DNA of 51,364 bases, from the sequence record SRR20825006_666. One strand, given 5' to 3'. How positions within the stretch are numbered: position 1 is the first letter of the stretch; the number at the start of each line of letters is the position of its first letter. The notes below the pieces were generated by a model. It made no database searches. It was not told the origin of the DNA and worked only from the letters and a program-made list of their open reading frames with translations. Made by a program: the position numbers and the translations under genes. This document shows positions 29,971 to 39,128 of the stretch, piece after piece.

Positions 29971-30891
29971 ATGACCAAGACAGAAAAATATGAAATTCGT
30001 GATGATCGTTTCAAACGCAGCGTCCAGCTCGACGAACCAATTGAAAGAATTTGGACAGGTGGGAAATGGGTTGAAGGACCAGTTTATTCTCCGGCATTTC
30101 GCTGCTTGATCTGGAGCGATATTCCAAATGATCGGCGGTTGCGATGGGATGAGTTGACGGGAAGCGTTGGCGATATCCGAAGCGGGCTTGGTTGCTACAC
30201 CAACGGTTCGACCCTTGATCGGCAAGGCCGCATTGTAGCGTGCGAGCATGGCACGCGCAGCGTCACTCGGATCGAGCATGATGGATCCGTGACTACGCTG
30301 ACCAGTCGATACAAGGGTAGCCGCTTTAACAGTCCAAATGACGTGGTGGTTCGATCAGATGGCACAATTTGGTTCAGTGATCCGGCTTATGGAATTGAAT
30401 CTGATTATGAAGGCTTTCAGGCGGCTTCAGAGCTTGATGGTGAGCATGTGTATCGTCTTGATCCGGCGACCGGTGATCTAACACAGGTGACCACAGACTT
30501 CGCCTGCCCAAATGGACTGGCCTTCTCCTTGGATGAGCAGACACTTTACATTGCGGATAGCGGTGGCACCCGATACTCCAATGGCGGGCGGCATATCCGA
30601 AAATTCACGGTTGGTTCTGATGGCAACCTGTCAGGCGGTGAGGTCTTTGCTGCATGTGAAGAGGGTGTTTTCGACGGATTCCGCATTGATACGCAGGACC
30701 GCATTTGGACAAGCGCAAGAGACGGTGTGCATTGCTACCATCCTGATGGCACATTGCTGGGAAAAATTTTTGTGCCCGAAGAAGTGTCTAATGTCTGTTT
30801 TGGCGGGCCCAAATTCAATCGACTGTTTATCACCGCGTCGACCAGCGTCTACACGGTGCTGTTGCCAACATCTGGTGTGCGCCTGTTCTAG
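29971..30891 (+). CDS. SMP-30/gluconolactonase family lactonase
   Basis: WVEGPVY, WSDIP, ACEHG, NSPNDV, PNGLAFS, DGFRID, SNVCFGG. Confidence 0.93.
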   Translation: MTKTEKYEIRDDRFKRSVQLDEPIERIWTGGKWVEGPVYSPAFRCLIWSDIPNDRRLRWDELTGSVGDIRSGLGCYTNGSTLDRQGRIVACEHGTRSVTRIEHDGSVTTLTSRYKGSRFNSPNDVVVRSDGTIWFSDPAYGIESDYEGFQAASELDGEHVYRLDPATGDLTQVTTDFACPNGLAFSLDEQTLYIADSGGTRYSNGGRHIRKFTVGSDGNLSGGEVFAACEEGVFDGFRIDTQDRIWTSARDGVHCYHPDGTLLGKIFVPEEVSNVCFGGPKFNRLFITASTSVYTVLLPTSGVRLF

Positions 30892-31004
30892 TAGTGGCTG
30901 GCGCAGTATAGATTGGTCGCAAGCGACATTGTTTATAGAGCTTCTTTTTACCCTACGCGGGAACCTGTCTGCTGCGTCCTCACTTGCTGACTCATCGTTT
31001 TGCC

Positions 31005-31032
31005 AAAAATAAACCCCGCCGAAGCGGGGTTT
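31005..31032 (-). terminator. Intrinsic terminator of ctrA (possibly bidirectional)
   Basis: AAACCCCGC-TTCG-GCGGGGTTT-ATTTTT on the minus strand. Confidence 0.85.
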
Positions 31033-31061
31033 GAAATTTGGGTTGAAAGCAGATGCTAAGA

Positions 31062-31763
31062 TTAGGCGCTTTCTGAGAGTTCGTTCTCATCTGGCTCGCG
31101 CAACACATAGCCGCGGCCCCAAACGGTTTCGATATAGTTCTTGCCGCCTGTGGCCACTGAAAGCTTCTTGCGCAGCTTACAGATGAACACGTCAATAATT
31201 TTGAGTTCTGGCTCGTCCATGCCGCCATAAAGGTGGTTCAGGAACATCTCTTTGGTGAGGGTTGTGCCCTTACGCAGGGACAACAATTCGAGCATTTGGT
31301 ATTCTTTACCGGTGAGGTGAACACGCTGGCCGCCAACTTCAACGGTTTTTGTGTCCAAATTCACGGTCAAATCGCCAGTGCGAATAACTGACTGCGCGTG
31401 GCCCTTAGACCGGCGCACAACTGCATGAATACGTGCAACCAATTCATCCTTATGGAATGGCTTGGTCATGTAATCGTCGGCGCCGAAGCCGAGGCCGCGT
31501 ACTTTATCTTCAATGCCAGCAAGACCTGAAAGGATCAGGATCGGCGTTTGCACTTTCGCTACACGCAATGTGCGCAACACTTCATAGCCGCTCATGTCGG
31601 GCAAGTTCAGATCAAGCAGAATGATGTCATAATCATAAAGCTTACCCAGATCCACGCCTTCTTCACCAAGGTCAGTGGTGTACACATTGAAACTTTCTGA
31701 TTTGAGCATCAGCTCAATACTCTGCGCTGTGGCGCTGTCATCCTCAATTAGGAGTACCCGCAT
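31062..31763 (-). CDS. ctrA: Cell cycle master regulator CtrA
   Basis: [73 protein letters not shown]. Confidence 0.99.
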   Translation of the reverse strand: MRVLLIEDDSATAQSIELMLKSESFNVYTTDLGEEGVDLGKLYDYDIILLDLNLPDMSGYEVLRTLRVAKVQTPILILSGLAGIEDKVRGLGFGADDYMTKPFHKDELVARIHAVVRRSKGHAQSVIRTGDLTVNLDTKTVEVGGQRVHLTGKEYQMLELLSLRKGTTLTKEMFLNHLYGGMDEPELKIIDVFICKLRKKLSVATGGKNYIETVWGRGYVLREPDENELSESA

Positions 31764-31830
31764 GTCGTTCCCCTTATTCCTGTCCCGTCTTGGAACCTTT
31801 ACCAACGACACCTTCGCGATGCCCCTGATC

Positions 31831-32135
31831 GTTAACAAATCCTACTGGATATTGATTCAACCCTAATATGAAATAGTTAACAAAGTTTAATTCAGTTCTG
31901 CAATATGCATTTACACTTATCACATAATTAGATTAAGTAATTGAAAAATATGATAAAAATGATGGTTATCAACTTAATAATTTAGTTTAAGAAAGTATTG
32001 TAACCGACTCTTGCGACTCGGGGAATTGGCGATGAATCTGTGGGAAAAGCTGTTGGGCAAAAACTGAAATTTTTTTGCCGATTTCACCGTAAAATAGTGA
32101 ATCCGGGTTAAGGAATCGTTAGCATTAACCGAATC
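31831..32135. promoter_or_regulatory. ctrA/fliI divergent promoter region with CtrA boxes and CcrM GANTC sites
   Basis: GTTAA-N6-TTAA at 31876-31890, GTTAA-N7-TTAG at 32107-32122; GANTC at 31854, 32006, 32015, 32034, 32099, 32113, 32131. Confidence 0.75.
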
Positions 32136-32152
32136 ACAAGGATTGGGGCGAC

Positions 32153-33484
32153 GTGAAATCACTCATCGCAGATATTGCGGCCATGGATGCCGAGGAAGTT
32201 TATGGACGGGTGAAAACCGTGCAGGGCTTGCTGGTGGAAATTATTGGCCCGGTGCGTGAGTTGCGCGTGGGTGGACGCGTTGCGATTGAAACGCGCGGCG
32301 GCGATCGCGTGATGTGCGAAATTGTCGGCTTTCAGGATGATCATGCGCTTTGTTTGCCTTTTGGCGCGCTGGAAGGGGTGCGCCTTGGGTGCAAAGCCAT
32401 CTTTTATTCTCATGGTGGCACGGTGCAGCCGGATGAAAGTTGGCTTGGCCGCGTGGTCAACGCCAAAGGCGAGCCGATTGATGGCGGTGGCCCAGTTATG
32501 CGTGGCGCGACTTCTTATAATCTACGGGCATCGCCGCCTGCAGCGCATGATCGGGCGCGCGTTGGCAACCCAATAGATTTAGGCGTTAAGGTGCTCAACA
32601 CCTTTACCACCTGTTGCGATGGGCAGCGGATGGGCATCTTCGCCGGGTCTGGCGTAGGTAAATCTGTGCTCATGTCTATGTTGGCGCGCAACACCGATGT
32701 TGATGTGGCCATTATTGGCCTGATCGGCGAGCGTGGTCGTGAGGTTCAGGAGTTTATTGAAGATAATTTGGGGCCGGAGGGGCTGAAGCGCGCCATTATC
32801 GTGGTGGCGACTTCTGACGAGCCAGCGCTTATGCGGCGGCAAGCTGCTTATATGACGTTGACCCTTTCGGAATATTTCCGCGATCAGGGCAAGCGCGTTT
32901 TGTGCATGATGGACAGTTTAACCCGCTTTGCTATGGCCCAGCGTGAGATTGGCTTGGCCACGGGAGAACCGCCTACTGCAAAGGGCTATCCGCCCACCGT
33001 TTTCACGGAATTGCCAAAATTATTGGAACGGGCGGGGCCAGGGTTAAAAAATTCTGGTTCTGTTACCGGACTTTTTACCGTTTTAGTAGAAGGTGATGAT
33101 CATAATGAGCCCATTGCGGATGCCGTTCGCGGGATTCTTGATGGTCACATTGTGATGGAACGGGCGATTGCCGAGCGGGGAAGATACCCGGCGGTAAACG
33201 TTTTGAGGTCTATTTCACGCACCATGCCTGGGTGTGTGCCGACTGAATTTCAGCCGGTATTGACCAAGGCAAGGGAATATATGTCGGTTTATGCCGATAT
33301 GGAGGAATTGATCCGTTTGGGGGCATATCGCTCAGGGTCAGATCCGAAAGTGGATGACGCCATTTCCATTGCGCCGGCGCTCGATGCGTTTTTATCGCAG
33401 CGTCAAGATGAGCGGGTGAACCTTTTAGAAGGGTATCAAGCGCTTGAAGAAATTGTTGCCCGCGTTGGGGGCAGTGAACAATGA
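32153..33484 (+). CDS. fliI: Flagellar export ATPase FliI
   Basis: [45 protein letters not shown] start. Confidence 0.96.
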   Translation: MKSLIADIAAMDAEEVYGRVKTVQGLLVEIIGPVRELRVGGRVAIETRGGDRVMCEIVGFQDDHALCLPFGALEGVRLGCKAIFYSHGGTVQPDESWLGRVVNAKGEPIDGGGPVMRGATSYNLRASPPAAHDRARVGNPIDLGVKVLNTFTTCCDGQRMGIFAGSGVGKSVLMSMLARNTDVDVAIIGLIGERGREVQEFIEDNLGPEGLKRAIIVVATSDEPALMRRQAAYMTLTLSEYFRDQGKRVLCMMDSLTRFAMAQREIGLATGEPPTAKGYPPTVFTELPKLLERAGPGLKNSGSVTGLFTVLVEGDDHNEPIADAVRGILDGHIVMERAIAERGRYPAVNVLRSISRTMPGCVPTEFQPVLTKAREYMSVYADMEELIRLGAYRSGSDPKVDDAISIAPALDAFLSQRQDERVNLLEGYQALEEIVARVGGSEQ

Positions 33485-33512
33485 CGGCTTGGTTGGGTAA
33501 GGAGTACAAGTC

Positions 33513-33926
33513 ATGAAATCACGGAATGAGAGCCTCATTCGGTTGAAAAAATTTCAGGTGGACGAAAAGCGTCGCACCGTAATGCAAATTGAAATGATGG
33601 TGGCCGACTTTGAGCGGATGGCTTCCGAGCTTGATCAGCAGATCGAGGTGGAGCACCAAAAAACCGGCATCACCGATATGGATCATTTCGCCTATTCCAC
33701 CTTTGCCAAGGCGGCCAAAACCCGTCGCGACAATTTGATGGCCTCTGCTGATGAAATGCGCGAAAAGCTTGAAGCTGCGCAGGACGAATTGGCAGAAGCA
33801 GTGGAAGATTTGAAAAAGGTGGAACTGCTCGACCAGCGCGAACATGCGCGCGAAGCGGCAGCAGAAACTAAGCGCGAACAAGCCGAAATGGATGAAATCG
33901 CCCTAATGCGGCAGCACCGCCGCTAG
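33513..33926 (+). CDS. fliJ: Flagellar export protein FliJ
   Basis: SLIRLKKFQVDEKRR, HFAYSTFAKAA, EQAEMDEIA; follows fliI. Confidence 0.9.
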   Translation: MKSRNESLIRLKKFQVDEKRRTVMQIEMMVADFERMASELDQQIEVEHQKTGITDMDHFAYSTFAKAAKTRRDNLMASADEMREKLEAAQDELAEAVEDLKKVELLDQREHAREAAAETKREQAEMDEIALMRQHRR

Positions 33927-33968
33927 GCAAAAGTCGCAACAAAGACCAATGATCTTACCCAGATTGGG

Positions 33969-34002
33969 AAAGGTTGCACGGCACAAGCTGTGCGACCTTT
34001 TT
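33969..34002 (+). terminator. Terminator of fliIJ
   Basis: 14-bp stem AAAGGTTGCACGGC-acaa-GCTGTGCGACCTTT with two G-U pairs valid on +, then Ts. Confidence 0.75.
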
Positions 34003-34215
34003 GGCGTTGGGGGACGCCAAACAATATGCAGATTTGATTGTTGCTCCTACAGAAGCGCTATGCGCTCAACGAACTCCGGTGAGCGCACCCGGGCTGAATT
34101 TAGCCGCAAATTGTTCATGAAGTTTGCCAGTTAAAACGAGCCTGTATTCACCCATTTATATTTTGGATAGATTATGCTAGTTAGTTGAAAATTATAATTT
34201 TTTGAATGTATTTTT

Positions 34216-35256
34216 ATGTCAAAAAAATCTCAGTTCGCGAATTCATCATCCAATTCGGGCGCAAGTATACTGTTTTATATGTTGTGTTTATTGTTGTTGG
34301 TCGTGTTGGTCGGGATGTATTTTCTTCAATCGCAGCGTATGGAGGAGCTTGAAAGCAAATACATTAGTCTACAGTCTTCGGTAGCTAAGATGCCGAAGGT
34401 CATGCAAGCCGAAAATTTGGAGCAAGAAATCAGATCTGATCGGCGGATTGAGGAACTTGAAGCGCGGATGATTGAGCTCAGCGAAGCTGCTCGACAGCGA
34501 CGAACGGAGGAATTCGTGTTGTTGAACAACCAACTCGGTGTCTTGAATGGCTTAGTCGCGAGGGTTGAAGGGCGTGTTTCATCGACTGAAAATCAGATTG
34601 CCAATGGATATAAGGCGAGTATTGATGCGATTAAGAAAATTGAACAGGGCTTGGAGTTTGTTGAGGCCAATATTGTAGAAAGAATGTCTAAACTACAAGG
34701 TGATTTCCAATCTGACACGGCACCTCAATCAGAGTTTGAAAATCTCATAGAATTCAAGCAGTTATCATTGGAGTTGGATGAGCGGGCCCTTGATGATGTT
34801 GGCCATAAAATATCCAATGATGGGCGACCCCTTTGTATTCTCGGCGTGCGCGTTGCTGTTACGAATAACTCTCCCAATTCGCAGAGGGTGAAATATTCCG
34901 AAGTGAGAATGCCTAGTCCGTTTGGCGCAAGGCCCTTCATATCGACGGATAGATGGCACGACAACTTTAGAAAAGATTATACTTGGGTAATGCTTGGCTA
35001 CCAGACAATGAGTATGCGATTTGGATACGCCATTGATAAAGAAAGTGCTCGGCAGCTTCTGAGTCCAATTGATCCCAAAACACTTAGAACGCATTTTGAT
35101 AAGCCTCATCTTTTTCAAGTTGAGGTGTTTTATCCGGTGGATAACGATGTCGACTCGACAGTAGCGACCTTCAAGTTTCCATTGACGGAAAAAGCAGTTA
35201 AATGTCTTACAAAAGTAGCTCGAGACGACATCGATCAATCCTTTCTGCCAATGTAA
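34216..35256 (+). CDS. Hypothetical membrane-anchored protein with coiled coil and beta-rich C-terminal domain
   Basis: 346-aa ORF, TM at about aa 17-36, heptad-rich aa 40-165; AT-richer than neighbours; hairpin at 35261-35286 after the stop. Confidence 0.75.
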   Translation: MSKKSQFANSSSNSGASILFYMLCLLLLVVLVGMYFLQSQRMEELESKYISLQSSVAKMPKVMQAENLEQEIRSDRRIEELEARMIELSEAARQRRTEEFVLLNNQLGVLNGLVARVEGRVSSTENQIANGYKASIDAIKKIEQGLEFVEANIVERMSKLQGDFQSDTAPQSEFENLIEFKQLSLELDERALDDVGHKISNDGRPLCILGVRVAVTNNSPNSQRVKYSEVRMPSPFGARPFISTDRWHDNFRKDYTWVMLGYQTMSMRFGYAIDKESARQLLSPIDPKTLRTHFDKPHLFQVEVFYPVDNDVDSTVATFKFPLTEKAVKCLTKVARDDIDQSFLPM

Positions 35257-35640
35257 GTGCAAAACCCAATAATGATTGAGGTTTTTTCTACTTCATTTCA
35301 CATTTTGGCCCGGGCATGGCATTGATATGAATTGCTGTGTTCAAACTTACTTCGAAAATAGTGGGCAGGTCTCGATAGTCAACAAAAAATCCAAAGAGCT
35401 CGCTGAATAAGACCCGCTGAGTGTCACTGCCCCTGAAAATCTTTTTAAGATTGTGAAGTGTGACAGCGGGATGATATGTGTGTTGCGGTTAAAAGAGACG
35501 TGGCAACTGTGAGGGTGACGCGCGATTGAGTAATTGAGGTTGCACTCTATTCATCAAGTCCGCGTGAAGCCATTGCATCAGCCTTTGAGCGCCCTATGCT
35601 GATCCCAAATGTTGCAAAGGAAACGCAAAGAGGCGGCTTA

Positions 35641-36672
35641 ATGACCAACTCCACAAACAACTCCGTCGAAGAAGACCAGACCGACGCCGCCTCACGGCGC
35701 AAAAGCGGAGAGTTTGTGCGTGGGGTCAGTGGATTTCGGGATCAAATTGGCGAGGCGGATTTTCCGGCTGAGCCGGGGCGCTATCATTTGTTTGTGGCGC
35801 TCAATTGCCCTTGGTGTCATCGGGTGATTTTGGCGCGTAATGTGTTGGGGTTGCAGGATGTGATCTCTATGGATGTGGCGTTTCCCAATCGCACGGGAGA
35901 AGATGATCCAGCTGGGGCGGGCTTATGGGAATTTAGCCCCGATCGGATTGCCAGTTTAACGGGCGAGACTTTGTCTGAATGCACGCGTGAGACGGCGACG
36001 GGTGAGGGCTTTCGGATAGCGAAGGATATTTATCGCGCCGAGGGGGCAAGTGAGCAATCGGTGCCTATTCTTTATGATAAGTACTCCAAGCGCATTGTGA
36101 ATAATGAGAGTGCGGAGATTATTCGCATGTTAGATCGGCATGCGGTCGCGCTTGGTAGTGCGTTGGATGATCAACAACGCCCGGTGCTTTATCCAGAAGA
36201 TGATGATCTGCGTGATGAAATTGATCAGCTCAATGAGCTGATTTACACCAACATCAATAATGGGGCCTATAAGGCGGGCTTTTCATCTGATCAAGCGGTC
36301 TATCAAAATGCGTTTGAAGCCTATTTTGAGACATTGGCCAGCCTCAATGATTTGCTGTCTGATGGGCGGCCATTTCTCACAGGCGATGTTTTTACCGATG
36401 CGGATTTACGGCTGTTCCCCACGCTCTACCGTCATGACCCGGTTTATTATGTGCGCATGAAATTGAACGGCGCGAAAATTCTCGATTATCCTTATTTGTG
36501 GCAATGGCTCTGCCGCGTCTATGCGCTGGAAGGTGTGGCGGAAAGTGGATCGCTGATCCATTGTCGCCAAGGCTATTTTGGCCGCTCATGGAATAATGTG
36601 GTGCCACTTGGTCCCTTTATGCCGAAGCCTTATCCCGAAGCTTATCGTGATCCGGGCTTAGCCAGATTTTAG
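35641..36672 (+). CDS. Glutathionyl-hydroquinone reductase (Xi-class GST, YqjG-like)
   Basis: GEFVR, FPAEPGRYHL, CPWCHR, VPILYD, IVNNESAEIIRM, INNGAYKAGF, ADLRLFPTL. Confidence 0.9.
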   Translation: MTNSTNNSVEEDQTDAASRRKSGEFVRGVSGFRDQIGEADFPAEPGRYHLFVALNCPWCHRVILARNVLGLQDVISMDVAFPNRTGEDDPAGAGLWEFSPDRIASLTGETLSECTRETATGEGFRIAKDIYRAEGASEQSVPILYDKYSKRIVNNESAEIIRMLDRHAVALGSALDDQQRPVLYPEDDDLRDEIDQLNELIYTNINNGAYKAGFSSDQAVYQNAFEAYFETLASLNDLLSDGRPFLTGDVFTDADLRLFPTLYRHDPVYYVRMKLNGAKILDYPYLWQWLCRVYALEGVAESGSLIHCRQGYFGRSWNNVVPLGPFMPKPYPEAYRDPGLARF

Positions 36673-37209
36673 TGGTGCAAGATAAGGGGCCATGATCGCG
36701 CTGATCTCAGCGCCAGTGTTAGCAGCGCTATAGGTCGGCCTCGGTGGGCGGGCTTCGTGATCAACCTCGCGGTGAACCCATTCGCGTTCTTCCAATGCTT
36801 TTAAGGCTTGGGAAAGGGCACGATCTGTTATGGGGTCGAGGGCGCGCTGTATATCGTTGAAATGATGGGGCGTGTGGGTGATGGCGAGCACGGGCAATGT
36901 CCAAGACTTGCGCAATAAATCACGATGCTCTTTGCCTGCCAAAGTCGAAATCTTGTGTGAGATTTCTGCGCCAATTTTGCCCGGAATTGTTAGGCGAAAT
37001 TCTGGTCGCAATGGATGGCCGTGGCCGGGATTGCGTTCCACCAGGCCAATTTCAATTAATTGCGTCATGCTTTGCGCAAAGGCAGTGCGCCCGGCGCCGG
37101 TTGCTGTCAATAATGGTGCTTGTCTGCCCGGCACACCTTCATGCAGCGCGGCCAAAATTGGCACCGCCCAAGCGCGTGAAGTGATGTTGACAAGCTGTTT
37201 AATGTCCAT
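36658..37209 (-). CDS. Tandem (double) HxlR-type winged-helix regulator
   Basis: Two repeats: SRAWAVPIL...LVERNPGHGHPLRPEFRLT and RKSWTLPVL...ITDRALSQALKALE...PPRPTY. Confidence 0.85.
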   Translation of the reverse strand: MDIKQLVNITSRAWAVPILAALHEGVPGRQAPLLTATGAGRTAFAQSMTQLIEIGLVERNPGHGHPLRPEFRLTIPGKIGAEISHKISTLAGKEHRDLLRKSWTLPVLAITHTPHHFNDIQRALDPITDRALSQALKALEEREWVHREVDHEARPPRPTYSAANTGAEISAIMAPYLAPLKSG

Positions 37210-37248
37210 TATTTATAGTTACCATATTTTTAGACAAAGGAACAAGTC

Positions 37249-37617
37249 ATGTCTCTAATTTCATTAAACGACACCATCACTATCGCGCTTTCGGTTAAAG
37301 ATCGCCATGTTAGCGCAGATTGGTATCAAAACATGCTCGGATTTGAAACCATGTATCACGCAGATGAGGCGGGTTGGTCTGAAGTGAAAACCAACACCAA
37401 AGGCGTTGTGATTGGGCTTGGCGAGCATATGAAAACGGCGCCGGGTAATTGTGTGCCAGTTTTCGGCATTGATGATTTGGATGCAGCGCGCGCGAAATTG
37501 GAAGAGGCTGGTGTGAAGTTTGATGGCGAGACTGATGTTGTGGAAGGCATGGTCAAAACAGCAACATTCTATGATCCAGATGGCAATGCGCTGATGCTGG
37601 CCGAAGATTTGAGCTAG
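37249..37617 (+). CDS. VOC (glyoxalase/bleomycin resistance) family protein
   Basis: LSVKD...WYQNMLGF, FGIDDLD, FYDPDGN. Confidence 0.9.
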   Translation: MSLISLNDTITIALSVKDRHVSADWYQNMLGFETMYHADEAGWSEVKTNTKGVVIGLGEHMKTAPGNCVPVFGIDDLDAARAKLEEAGVKFDGETDVVEGMVKTATFYDPDGNALMLAEDLS

Positions 37618-37627
37618 GGTTGGCAAA

Positions 37628-38035
37628 ATGCGCAAAACTATTCTTTCGATATTGATGGGCGGAGCGCTGGCCAGCGGTGCTGCGGCGCAGACCTTCAACG
37701 AGGCGACCGTCGCAGTGCCAGTTAGTTCCCTTGAACAAGCCAAGGATTGGTATGGCAAGTTTTTGGGCGAAGGTGCTGAAATGATTGAGCCGGCGCCGGC
37801 TGTTCTTGAAATTAGGGCGACGCCGAATATGTGGCTTCAGCTTTACGAAACTGAACAGATGCCGGAAACGGGCGCGGTCATTCGGTTTTTGGTGGATGAT
37901 ATGGCTGCAACGCAGGCGGCCTATGCCGCCAAAGGCATTGATACGGGCGAAGCCATCGAGGTGCCAGCGATTGTGACTTATAGCGAGTTCACCGATCCGT
38001 TTGGTAACCAATTGGGGCTTTACGACTTGCCTTAG
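37628..38035 (+). CDS. Secreted VOC family protein
   Basis: Signal peptide MRKTILSILMGGALASGAAA|Q; VPVSSLEQAKDWY, FLVDD, FTDPFGNQLGL. Confidence 0.85.
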   Translation: MRKTILSILMGGALASGAAAQTFNEATVAVPVSSLEQAKDWYGKFLGEGAEMIEPAPAVLEIRATPNMWLQLYETEQMPETGAVIRFLVDDMAATQAAYAAKGIDTGEAIEVPAIVTYSEFTDPFGNQLGLYDLP

Positions 38036-38068
38036 GCTTCAGGTGGCAGGGCATATGTCCTCCGCCAG

Positions 38069-38431
38069 TTAAACCAAATCAAGCTGGACTGCTTGTCGAA
38101 TATAGTGGGCGATGGCCCTATTTGGATAGTTGTCCAGCTTGCTGACCTTGATGGTGCGCGAATGCTTGCCACTGCCTGTGAGAAGGCCATGCGGATCGTC
38201 AAACTGGGCGCCTTTGGTGAATGAAAATGTGATGCCAGTTTTGGTTGGGCTGATCGCTACAATGTCTCGATTTACACGATAAACGGGTACCGAATAGTAT
38301 TTTTCGGTGCCGCCGCGCATGCGCTGGGTGGCTTCCGGTGCTACTTGTGCCATTTGACCGCAAAAATGTTCCACGATGGGGCGATGATCGGGGGACACAC
38401 GCTGATTCAGAAATGTCTCAAAGTCTGTCAT
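38069..38431 (-). CDS. DUF1801 (YdhG-like) domain protein
   Basis: YSVPVY, FSFTKGAQFDDPHGLLTGSGKHSRTIK. Confidence 0.8.
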   Translation of the reverse strand: MTDFETFLNQRVSPDHRPIVEHFCGQMAQVAPEATQRMRGGTEKYYSVPVYRVNRDIVAISPTKTGITFSFTKGAQFDDPHGLLTGSGKHSRTIKVSKLDNYPNRAIAHYIRQAVQLDLV

Positions 38432-38507
38432 CTATCTGCCCTCCCTTTGCATTCCGCGCCATTATATGTTTGTTCTGGCATGATTGAGAAGCATTAAAGG
38501 TATCCCC

Positions 38508-38921
38508 TTGCGCATCACCGACCAGATCAGCATTGAAGAATGGGAACTATCTGAGCAGTTCACCCGTGCCAGTGGCCCTGGCGGGCAGAATGTGAATAAG
38601 GTCAGCACTGCTGTCGAGCTGCGGTTTGAGGCGGAGCGATCACCTAGTCTGCCTGATCCTGTGAAGCGGCGCTTGAAGCGGTTGGCCGGGCGGCGTTGGA
38701 CGCAGGATGGGGCGCTGATCATTTTTGTGCAGGATACACGTTCGCAGGCGCGCAACCGCGAAATCGCGCGTGAGCGGTTGGCAGCGTTGATCTTGAAAGC
38801 GACCGAAAAGCCCAAACGACGCGTCGCGACCAAGCCAACATATGGCTCGATTAAGCGCCGTATTGCAGCAAAAAAGGCCAGAGGCGAGGTGAAAAAGCTG
38901 CGGGGGAAGGTGGAGGAGTAA
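38508..38921 (+). CDS. arfB: Alternative ribosome rescue peptidyl-tRNA hydrolase ArfB
   Basis: RASGPGGQNVNKVSTAV, RSQARNRE, basic C-terminal tail; TTG start after AAAGG. Confidence 0.95.
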   Translation: MRITDQISIEEWELSEQFTRASGPGGQNVNKVSTAVELRFEAERSPSLPDPVKRRLKRLAGRRWTQDGALIIFVQDTRSQARNREIARERLAALILKATEKPKRRVATKPTYGSIKRRIAAKKARGEVKKLRGKVEE

Positions 38922-39065
38922 GGCGCATAAAGCTAGCAATTGATGCTCATCCACAGTGTGGTTGTAAAAATAATTTTGTGTTTTGTTTTCTTCTAACATG
39001 CTGAAATTTAATTAATCTTTCCTTCTTATTGGCCTGGTTGATCTTGTTGCGAAAACAAATTCCAA

Positions 39066-39119
39066 TTGACGCATTTTAAGTTTGGCTCTATTAGTTCGGT
39101 AAGTTGACGAATTAATAGA
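39066..39119 (+). promoter_or_regulatory. Promoter and ROK-type operator
   Basis: TTGACG-N17-TATTAG overlapped by the palindrome TCTATTAGTTCG-N9-CGAATTAATAGA (11 of 12 bp). Confidence 0.7.
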
Positions 39120-39128
39120 AGTGATTAT

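Noticed and set aside
34066-34155. 29-aa minus-strand ORF MGEYRLVLTGKLHEQFAAKFSPGALTGVR
   Set aside because: No RBS or recognisable homology; consistent with chance
35420-35580. Cobalamin riboswitch-like words (ACTGCCCC, TTAAAAG, GCAACTGTGA)
   Set aside because: Elements are out of order, GGGAA and the B12 box are missing, and the downstream gene is unrelated to B12
33927-39000. Genomic island or mobile element
   Set aside because: No integrase, transposase, tRNA or flanking direct repeats seen; only patchy accessory genes
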